From positions 1 through 24,000 of the forward strand of contig JAABTP010000020.1 of the NCBI GenBank assembly GCA_011389815.1: a stretch of DNA of 24,000 bases. The letters are read 5' to 3'. Positions 16,398 through 22,992 of this stretch are shown here, piece by piece. The notes under the pieces were generated by a model. It ran no database searches and had not been told where the DNA came from. It saw only the letters and a list, made by a program, of their open reading frames with translations. Source of the stretch: Desulfobulbaceae bacterium. GTDB lineage: Bacteria; Desulfobacterota; Desulfobulbia; Desulfobulbales; Desulfobulbaceae. A program made the position numbers and the translations under genes. The stretch's first letter is position 1; every line of letters starts with the position of its first letter.

Positions 16398-16455
16398 AGA
16401 CGAACCTGTGTGTTCACCCTTGCATGCCGGGCAGACACTCAAATCTGCTCCTACA
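16393..16455. repeat. REP-like palindromic element (27-9-27 nt), copy 1
   Basis: The right unit 16429-16455, gggcagacactcaaatctgctcctaca, is the reverse complement of a tgtaggRgca...gtgYYtgccc unit. The left unit 16393-16419 is a degenerate copy matching 18 of 27 positions to the unit at 18908-18934 and overlapping the mtaD stop codon. The spacer is 9 nt, as in copy 2. Confidence 0.6.
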
Positions 16456-16498
16456 ATTCAGCACCTAAAAACGAGGAAATATTTTTTAGTTGGTATCC

Positions 16499-17293
16499 TC
16501 AGCAGAACTCTCCCAGCTCTTCCGCTGCTCTGGCAAAAAAACGCCCCACCTGCTCTGGCTTATGGGCATCAGATCCAGGAATCAAAGGAATACCCAACTG
16601 TCGGGCCTTGTCTATAAACGCAAAAGCCGGATAGGGATGGGGACGGAGTTCATAGCCCGAGGTGTTGACTTCCAAAGCAATATTCTTTGCCAGCATCACC
16701 ACAAAAAGCTCTTCAATAAGCGAATGATGATGCGCTGTCAGGACAGGGGCATTATGGCGCAGAGCTGCATCCAGATGACAAAGCTTATCACAGGGTATCT
16801 GCTGGCAACCTTGGATGAGATTGACAAAATAGGCATCCAGAATGCGCTCAGTTCCGTGTTTAGCCATTTTCCTGATATGGTCTTTCCGGCGACTCAGCAT
16901 GTTGAGATGCTCATTGCCATCAAAATAAAAATGGCAGGAAAGCCCGCGATGGGCAAAGGGAAAGGCATCAAGCAGGGCAAAGAGTTCATCAATTGCGCCA
17001 GGATTATACCCCACTTCAGCACCAAGCCTGATCGTAATCTGCTCTTTGTATTGTTCCTGCAGCTGTTCCCCTTGAGCAAAATATTCCTCAAAGACCTCTG
17101 GGGTCAACCAAATCCGGGGAGCATACTTCAGCCCGCCTTCCAAATGCTCCAAAAAAGTAAGGCTACACAAACCCTTTTGGATCGCCGCAAGCACGTATTC
17201 TTCCATCTCCCCTGTTGCATGGTTACAGAAACGGGTATGGACGTGGTGGTCTCCGGTTATATCCAATAAAGGTAAATCAGGCATATGTAGCAA
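16499..17293 (-). CDS. hisK: PHP-family histidinol-phosphatase (HisJ/HisK type)
   Basis: 264 aa. The N-terminal DHHVHTRFCNHATGEMEEYV is the PHP-domain metal motif of HisJ-family histidinol phosphatases. GSDAHKPEQVG lies near the C-terminus. Confidence 0.8.
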   Translation of the reverse strand: MLHMPDLPLLDITGDHHVHTRFCNHATGEMEEYVLAAIQKGLCSLTFLEHLEGGLKYAPRIWLTPEVFEEYFAQGEQLQEQYKEQITIRLGAEVGYNPGAIDELFALLDAFPFAHRGLSCHFYFDGNEHLNMLSRRKDHIRKMAKHGTERILDAYFVNLIQGCQQIPCDKLCHLDAALRHNAPVLTAHHHSLIEELFVVMLAKNIALEVNTSGYELRPHPYPAFAFIDKARQLGIPLIPGSDAHKPEQVGRFFARAAEELGEFC

Positions 17294-17399
17294 TACGGAA
17301 AAAGAAAAACCATTCTCTGAGAAAGCTCTGAAAGAATGGCTTGTGCGTATCCCTCACCAGAGGGAAAAAATATATATGTGCCTGGAGAAGTGGACAGAA

Positions 17400-17597
17400 T
17401 CAGGCATTCCCACGGGGAAAAAAGTGAATAACACCGTCTATCTCTGAGGTATCGCAAATGTCACCAAGCTCCATATCCAGATCAAAAAGTTCATCTGCTC
17501 CATCCATTGCCATAGACAAGGAAGGCCCGTCTGGCAGATGATAGACTAAGGTCTCAACCTTGCTGTAATCAATCGGTGTCGGGAATATTTTCTTCAT
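17400..17597 (-). CDS. Possible 65-aa acidic hypothetical protein
   Basis: Tracked ORF upstream of hisK on the same strand. There is no clear SD and no recognisable motif. It is retained only because it fills an otherwise empty gap. Confidence 0.3.
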   Translation of the reverse strand: MKKIFPTPIDYSKVETLVYHLPDGPSLSMAMDGADELFDLDMELGDICDTSEIDGVIHFFPRGNA

Positions 17598-17811
17598 ATA
17601 ATTTGAAATGTTATAATCTGATAAGAAAGGGGCTGATACATAATGGAGCCAATGTCCACCCCTCTGTGTCGTGTTTCAGGAAATTATAGTTTCTTTTGGC
17701 AAAAAAGCAAGGGGACTCCTTACTGTCCTGCGTAAAGAAAGAAGGAAAACAAGCAACGCAGGCAGATTTATACGCTTATCAGGAGGAAGAGATAAAAGCG
17801 ACAAGTTTCGT

Positions 17812-17839
17812 TTGACAGTCGACCTCTTGATGGTAATAT
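17812..17839 (+). promoter_or_regulatory. Candidate sigma70 promoter for the YkgJ-family gene
   Basis: Consensus TTGACA (17812-17817), a 16-nt spacer, then TAATAT (17834-17839), about 66 nt upstream of ATG 17906. Confidence 0.45.
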
Positions 17840-17905
17840 GTATATTTTCTTACCAAACGATAAAAAAACAATATTTTTTGATAACAGATAATAACGAGGA
17901 AAAAA

Positions 17906-18856
17906 ATGAGCGATACAAAAGGCACTGATATGGATAATGATTTTACCATGGGGACTCATAAAAATCCGTCCAATATCATGCCTGAAAAATTATCTCTGGA
18001 TTCCCCTTTGCAGTTTGAGTGTCATCCAGGGGTTAGCTGCTTTACTGCCTGCTGCCATAATATCCAGATTGTCCTGACACCCTATGACATTTTAATTTTG
18101 CGGAAACGGTTAAACATACCTGCCCATGAATTTATTGTCCAATACACAGAGCCCACCTATCTGGAAAAAACCGATATGCCAGGTGTGCAGCTCAAATTGA
18201 CAGAGGAGAAAAATGCCTGCCCCTTTGTCACCCCAGAAGGCTGCACTGTGTATAAAGACCGCCCAACAGCCTGTCGTTACTATCCTGTTGGTATGGCTGA
18301 TTTCCATGAAGGTGGTGAGGAAGAAACCAAGGAAGACAAGTTCTTTTTCCTGGTCAAAGAGGCGCATTGTAAGGGGTTTGAGGAAAAAAAGCAATGGACC
18401 ATTGGCGAATGGCGGGCAGACCAAGGGGTTGACCTGCGTGATGCGATGAATAAAGAATGGCTCCGCCTAGTAATGCGCCGCAAATCTTTTGGTCATCAGG
18501 CCAACCTTTCTGAAGCAGCCCAGCGGATGTTTTTTATGGCCTCAACGGATTTGGATCATTTCCGCCGCTTTGTCTTTGAAAGTTCTTTTCTTGAATCCTA
18601 TGAGGTTGACCAGGAAACCGTTGAAAAAATCAAGAAAGATGATACTGCGTTGATGCTGTTCTCGTTTCAATATCTTGCCAACACCCTGTTCGGGGCTGAG
18701 GGCATGAAGCTGAGAAAGGAAAAAATAGAAGAAAAGGTTGAAGAGATCAAGCAGCGTCAGGATGATTCACTGCGCAAGGTTGAAGAAGAGTATAAGCAGC
18801 TCAAGGCTGAACGTGAACGGCTCAAGCAGGAAGAAGAAGCCCGGAAAAAAGGTTGA
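17906..18856 (+). CDS. YkgJ-family (UPF0153, CxxCxxCC-type) Cys-cluster zinc/iron-chelating domain protein with a C-terminal coiled-coil tail
   Basis: GAGGA SD. It has CHPGVSCFTACCHN plus ACPFVTPEGCTVYKDRPTACRYYP, the hallmark second half of PF03692-type proteins. The last 60 or so residues are Lys/Glu-rich and heptad-like (KLRKEKIEEKVEEIKQRQ...ERERLKQEEEARKKG). Confidence 0.8.
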   Translation: MSDTKGTDMDNDFTMGTHKNPSNIMPEKLSLDSPLQFECHPGVSCFTACCHNIQIVLTPYDILILRKRLNIPAHEFIVQYTEPTYLEKTDMPGVQLKLTEEKNACPFVTPEGCTVYKDRPTACRYYPVGMADFHEGGEEETKEDKFFFLVKEAHCKGFEEKKQWTIGEWRADQGVDLRDAMNKEWLRLVMRRKSFGHQANLSEAAQRMFFMASTDLDHFRRFVFESSFLESYEVDQETVEKIKKDDTALMLFSFQYLANTLFGAEGMKLRKEKIEEKVEEIKQRQDDSLRKVEEEYKQLKAERERLKQEEEARKKG

Positions 18857-18871
18857 ATTTCGTGCAAGGAC

Positions 18872-18934
18872 TGTAGGGGCAGCCCCCTGTGCCTGCCCAA
18901 TAGGGAAGGGCAAACACAGGGATTTGCCCCTACA
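18872..18934. repeat. REP-like palindromic element (27-9-27 nt), copy 2
   Basis: tgtaggggcagccccctgtgcctgccc (18872-18898), a 9-nt spacer, then gggcaaacacagggatttgcccctaca (18908-18934). The arms are imperfect reverse complements of each other and of the unit at 16429-16455. Confidence 0.75.
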
Positions 18935-18979
18935 ATGTTTGTGTACGAAAAGACAAAATATTTTTTGGTGACTATTTCG

Positions 18980-19006
18980 GGAGAGCTGAGAAGCTCTCCT
19001 TTTTTA
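18980..19006 (+). terminator. Rho-independent terminator after the YkgJ-family gene
   Basis: ggagagct / agctctcc is a perfect 8-bp stem with loop gaga. It is followed by six T (19000-19005). Confidence 0.7.
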
Positions 19007-19027
19007 TTGCCTGTTATCAACTTCTTT

Positions 19028-19951
19028 TCAAACCCTTGCACGAAGCCGGGAGGCCAACACCGAATCAATAATCAGCTGGGTAAAATGAAAAAGCAGGCAG
19101 ACTATCACGGCATTGCCTGTGTCCTGTGACAAACCAGCCAACACCGCTAAACTGACAGGCAGGGTTTTCTGGGAAGCAACAAAAAGCAGGGCCTTGCTAT
19201 CTTCCGGGGTAAGTTGGAGCCATTTTGCAGCCTGGTTATTGATGACAAGGAGCAGGACATGAACCAGGGAGACTGATAAAAACACCGCAAGATATTGACC
19301 TGTATTGGTATGAAAAAATTCCTGTCTGGAAACAGCCAGCGATATATAGACAGCAAGAATAACACAGCTGGAGTTGATATAGCTCCAATGAGAAGAAACC
19401 TTTTGCTTATTCAGTACGGTTCGCAAGGTCTTTCCAAACACAAAGGGAAGCAGCACCAGCAGCAACATTTTGCTCAACAGGCCCCATTGGTTAATAGCCA
19501 CTGGCCCGCTTGCCTTGAGACAGAGATGCAGCACTGGCGGCAGGGTGAGAATACCCAAGAGATTAAGACTGATGGTAAGCATCAGGGCTAAGACGGTATT
19601 ACCACCACTTACTCCGGTAATCACGATACCGGAAGACAGGGTCGGCGGAACAGCGCAGATGATGAGCAGTCCAATAATGAGGGAAGAAGGCAAAGCCAGC
19701 AGGCTGCCAATGGCAAGGCCAAGCAACGGGGCCACAAGGAGTGAGATTACTGCTGCGGTCAGAAAAATTCGGAGAAGCCTGCTGTTCAGCGGGACTCCAG
19801 CGGTACCGGTCTGATAACCACTGACCAGGAAAATAATAATAATGGTAAACCTGATTCCGTAATAATCGGCAAGGACAATGCCTGTCTGGGGGATGATCAG
19901 AGCAGATATTGCGGCTATTATAAGCCCGACAGGGAGGAAATATTGACGCAC
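19028..19951 (-). CDS. Bile acid:sodium symporter (BASS/SBF-like) family transporter
   Basis: 307 aa and polytopic. The overall pattern (MRQYFLPVGLIIAAISALIIP..., ...ASQKTLPVSLAVLAGL...) resembles SBF-like/YfeH transporters. The GTG start is as in the ORF track and has no clear SD. Confidence 0.7.
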   Translation of the reverse strand: MRQYFLPVGLIIAAISALIIPQTGIVLADYYGIRFTIIIIFLVSGYQTGTAGVPLNSRLLRIFLTAAVISLLVAPLLGLAIGSLLALPSSLIIGLLIICAVPPTLSSGIVITGVSGGNTVLALMLTISLNLLGILTLPPVLHLCLKASGPVAINQWGLLSKMLLLVLLPFVFGKTLRTVLNKQKVSSHWSYINSSCVILAVYISLAVSRQEFFHTNTGQYLAVFLSVSLVHVLLLVINNQAAKWLQLTPEDSKALLFVASQKTLPVSLAVLAGLSQDTGNAVIVCLLFHFTQLIIDSVLASRLRARV

Positions 19952-20161
19952 TGGGATGGGTTCTCAGCTATAAACACTGAGCTTATGATCGGGAATGCCC
20001 GTCCAGGACGGATGCGGTTGACTAACACTTTTAATGCGTTGCTAGCGGCATCCATTAAAAATCTTTTAAAAATTTCCGCTTGATTTTCTTATTTTTTTAT
20101 GACAGGAGTTGAGGAGTAAGGCATTAATGAATAGTTTTATACAAGGTGCTTCTGCAACAAC

Positions 20162-20203
20162 CTCTTGTTTCGTAACCAGGCATGTCAGCCACGAAAACAA
20201 GAG
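20162..20203 (-). terminator. Candidate terminator hairpin downstream of cspA
   Basis: ctcttgtttcg (20162-20172) pairs with cgaaaacaagag (20192-20203) with one bulged A and a 19-nt loop. On the minus strand it lies about 20 nt after the csp stop and is followed by gttgttgc, a weak U-tract. Confidence 0.35.
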
Positions 20204-20223
20204 ATCTATCCCCTCATCTCGAC

Positions 20224-20424
20224 TTACAGACCAACAACATTGTCCGCTGCAGGTCCCTTTGGCCCATCAACGATATCAAAGCTGACCCGTTGCCCTTCCT
20301 GCAGGCTCTTGAAACCTTGGGCCTGAATTGCTGAGTGATGGACAAAAACATCTTTGCCACCATCCTGCTCAATAAACCCAAACCCTTTAGAATCATTAAA
20401 CCACTTTACTGTTCCTTCTGCCAT
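20224..20424 (-). CDS. cspA: Cold-shock protein (CspA family, CSD)
   Basis: 66 aa. [34 protein letters not shown] contains the RNP1 (KGFGFI) and RNP2 (VFVHH) motifs. CAGGAG SD. Confidence 0.95.
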   Translation of the reverse strand: MAEGTVKWFNDSKGFGFIEQDGGKDVFVHHSAIQAQGFKSLQEGQRVSFDIVDGPKGPAADNVVGL

Positions 20425-20465
20425 TTTGTATACTCCTGTATAACTTGATTTCTCAATGAAATCTT

Positions 20466-20493
20466 TCTATAAAGACGGATGCAACCTTTGCAA
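20466..20493 (-). promoter_or_regulatory. Candidate proximal cspA promoter
   Basis: On the minus strand: TTGCAA (20493-20488), a 16-nt spacer, then TATAGA (20471-20466). By eye only. A second, stronger-looking motif lies at 20795-20822. Confidence 0.3.
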
Positions 20494-20794
20494 TCCGTTG
20501 TGCAAATCGCTTATGCGATCTGCAAGTTCTTGTATTTCTTGTGCGGAACAGCATGATCATCACACTCCCCGACTCTTCAGGATATTTTATCTGAACGCAC
20601 AGGAAAGCCTGCTTATCATCCCCCTTTCTAAACCTTTTTCACAGCAAGGGGATGCAATTATATTCCAGGATGAAGACCATCTAAAGATAGTTAAAGCAAG
20701 AAACTTTAAAAGCACCAAGGGTAAGCCGGATTCATCATGATAACGATAAAGAAAAGAAAATGCTAAAAATTATCAGTTTATAATTAAAATATAA

Positions 20795-20822
20795 ATTATA
20801 CTCCTGTTAAGAGTAATTGCAA
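20795..20822 (-). promoter_or_regulatory. Near-consensus sigma70-like promoter motif pointing toward cspA
   Basis: On the minus strand: TTGCAA (20822-20817), a 16-nt spacer, then TATAAT (20800-20795). If used, it would give a csp leader of roughly 360 nt. The region is AT-rich, so a chance match is possible. Confidence 0.3.
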
Positions 20823-21006
20823 TAAGTAAATCCAACAAACTTTTTTTTCTTTGTTTACCCAACCTCATCTAACGCCCCTCCTCTATCACGACCTTAATTA
20901 ACGAGAAGCCGGTGGCAGCCGTAAAGTTTCCGATGAACACCGCAGGAATATGTCAGCGAGTCAAGGAAATACATCCCGAGACCTCGGGATTATTTTTCAT
21001 AAAAGT

Positions 21007-21533
21007 GGGCTACCAACTTAAGCCGGGACAACATTAAAACTCGTCCCATGAAACTATCGCCTGGAGTCAAAAAAACTCTTTCATTACTCGTAAAATGTAA
21101 CATATTTCCGTTATGAAAACACTAACGGAAAAAATACGATCTATCGGTAGTAGAATTTTTGCGGCTCTGGGGAAACCAGGCAAACTTACCTACAGACAAC
21201 TGGCAAAAGAAGCGAATACGAGCAAAAGCAGTGCGTTTCGACAAGTTGAGGGAATTCAAAGAAGAAATGTCTATCCAGAATCTTTTTTGTGGGAACATGA
21301 AGAGGGATATGAATGGATTCGCAGGCATTTTTTTGCTACTTTGTTAATATTCGGTGTACAGCATGGAATAGGAGCGGACACTCTTTCTCTCTATTTCAGG
21401 GTACCAACTTAAGGTGGGACAGCCTGCAAAATCAGTCAATTGTGCAAACTATCATAGACTGTTCATCACGGCTCTTTTGTCAAACCTGGAGACCTCAAAG
21501 CCCGAACTTTTGTCCCGGCTTAAGTTGGCAGCC
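21007..21533 (+). mobile_element. Degraded insertion sequence with terminal inverted repeats and an internal third repeat copy
   Basis: The left repeat is gggctaccaacttaagccgggacaa (21007-21031). The right repeat, ttgtcccggcttaagttggcagcc (21510-21533), is its reverse complement with one mismatch. A third copy in left-end orientation, gggtaccaacttaaggtgggaca, lies at 21399-21421. The element encloses only a 99-codon HTH-containing ORF. I saw no clear target-site duplication. Confidence 0.65.
21113..21412 (+). pseudogene. Truncated transposase N-terminal (HTH) fragment
   Basis: 99 aa with an HTH-like LTYRQLAKEANTSKSSAFRQV. The ORF ends inside the internal repeat copy at 21399-21421, and no catalytic domain follows. 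Confidence 0.5.
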
Positions 21534-21626
21534 AGAATTTAGGGGAAGTTCACAGATAGAAATGGCAATGGCAAGCTGGTATTTTATTTATTTGTGGCTC
21601 CCTTAGTACTGAAGCTCTGCTTCTTT

Positions 21627-22886
21627 TCACCACTCATCATCATAATCCGGATACTGCTCAGGTGCCTTGCCGCGACGTTCAAGAATCACCGGTTCCGAAC
21701 CATCAGTTGTATCTGCATCGGTTTCTTCCACCTGAACGAGAAACTCCCAACAATCGCCAAAATCAAAAAAGAAGATCATCTCCATGCCAGCATAGCATGA
21801 AATATTACCAAGGCGAGTGGCATCCGTAAACGGTTTTTCCTCCAACGCTGGATGACTTATATATTTTTTTAACCCATACGAATCGCTATAGATAAACTGA
21901 TACAGGTGATCATTACCAAAATCAAAGGCCCTTAAAATCGCCTCTGCAAAAGCGTCAAAAGTAGACTCTCCTGAAAGAGCTATTTTTCTCCAGGATTTTC
22001 CCATTGATATTTTAACAACATGAACTCCTTTCTGAAAGGGTGCTTCAGGTGGCGTCAATGTGGTGTTCCAGTCAGTACAATACGGCTGAACCACTTTCGT
22101 CCATTCTTTAAAAGCAGCCGCCTTCATTTCCTCAACCGATGTTTCATCACCCCAGGTCTCATCCATTGTTTGTCGATTTACTGCATAGATACTTTCCAGA
22201 ACAGCCTTTCCCCAGTCTGTGGGCGTAATGCTTTTAACGCACCATCCTTTCCCTTGCTCTGGTTCTCCATCCTGTATGGTCACAAAGCCGAACAATTCCA
22301 GCAAAGCCAGGGAATGATGGCCTGGTGTATATCGCAGTCTGTTTTCTTTCCCTCTGTCTCCTGCTATCTGGGCACCCTTCTCAGGCAGTTTGATAAAATA
22401 GTTCAAAGTTCTGGCCAGATAATCAAATGCCCCAAAGCTCTCCCGCTCCCCAAGGATTGCATCACTTCCCCTGCACCACCATGCTTCAAACAGAGAAAAA
22501 TACTGTTCAGCTGGAGTGAGCTTTTGCCAAAGCTGAACCAGAGATGGCTCAGATACCAAACGGCATTTTTTCCCTGTACCAGCAATTTTTCCTATTCCAG
22601 AAGCTCGAACAAGCAAATACAGGGCATTAATATGCGGATAGGATTTTTGCACAGGACGTTTCAATTTCAGGGTAACTGGGTGAGAAAGTTGGGTGTTGAG
22701 TTCCGCAAGCTGGGCCATTGGTAAATGCTTTTTCACTCCAGAAACAGGGACCCCTTTTTCTCCGAGAAGTGCGAGTATTTTTTTAAAGTCTTGTAAAAGA
22801 GTCCCAGGACCGTTCTGGCTAATGGTCTGTTTCTTGAAGATATCTTGTTGAACAGATGAGAGGGTAAATGTTGTTTTTTCAGGCAT
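21627..22886 (-). CDS. pRiA4b ORF-3-like (PF07929) domain protein with an uncharacterised N-terminal region of about 290 aa
   Basis: 419 aa. The C-terminal third (VHVVKISMGKSWRKIALSGESTFDAFAEAILRAFDFGNDHLYQF...MEMIFFFDFGDCWEFLVQVEE) follows the pattern of the plasmid pRiA4b ORF-3 / IS1096 passenger TnpR family (H-L-[HY]-x-F ... [YF]-D-F-G-D-x-W-x-[HF]). Confidence 0.7.
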   Translation of the reverse strand: MPEKTTFTLSSVQQDIFKKQTISQNGPGTLLQDFKKILALLGEKGVPVSGVKKHLPMAQLAELNTQLSHPVTLKLKRPVQKSYPHINALYLLVRASGIGKIAGTGKKCRLVSEPSLVQLWQKLTPAEQYFSLFEAWWCRGSDAILGERESFGAFDYLARTLNYFIKLPEKGAQIAGDRGKENRLRYTPGHHSLALLELFGFVTIQDGEPEQGKGWCVKSITPTDWGKAVLESIYAVNRQTMDETWGDETSVEEMKAAAFKEWTKVVQPYCTDWNTTLTPPEAPFQKGVHVVKISMGKSWRKIALSGESTFDAFAEAILRAFDFGNDHLYQFIYSDSYGLKKYISHPALEEKPFTDATRLGNISCYAGMEMIFFFDFGDCWEFLVQVEETDADTTDGSEPVILERRGKAPEQYPDYDDEW

Positions 22887-22992
22887 AATTAACCAGATGT
22901 AATAGTAGTTAATGTATTATCGTATCGGTCTTCAACGCACAAGCTCCAGCCCGGAACCCCTGGGAACCTTATACTGAAACGCAGCTTCCTGT

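Noticed and set aside
16490-17269. Plus-strand ORF of 259 aa
   Set aside because: It is the mirror of the minus-strand PHP histidinol phosphatase gene, which carries the DHHVHT metal motif. The plus-strand translation has no motif.
17671-17959. ORFs 17671..17928 (+) and 17768..17959 (-)
   Set aside because: They cover the promoter and 5' leader of the YkgJ-family gene. They are Lys/Arg-rich low-complexity translations of an AT-rich region with no SD.
18738-19129. ORFs reading through the REP-like element (18738..18971 +, 18757..19068 -, 18935..19129 +)
   Set aside because: They are created by the palindromic repeat (giving ...GRHRGLPLQ...-type translations) and by the terminator. They also overlap the ends of real genes.
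20456-20740. Plus-strand ORF of 94 aa upstream of cspA
   Set aside because: It lies antisense in the csp promoter and leader region. It has no SD and a Cys/Ser/Leu-rich translation without motifs.
20870-20997. Possible structured small RNA or riboswitch on the plus strand ending at the 20973-20997 hairpin
   Set aside because: I could find only short, unconvincing helices (cggtg/caccg, tttcc/ggaaa), no match to any RNA family I know, and no promoter. It is kept only as part of the low-confidence antisense idea in the findings.
22020-22724. Plus-strand ORF of 234 aa
   Set aside because: It is antisense to the pRiA4b-ORF3-family gene, whose C-terminal domain motif identifies the minus strand as coding.
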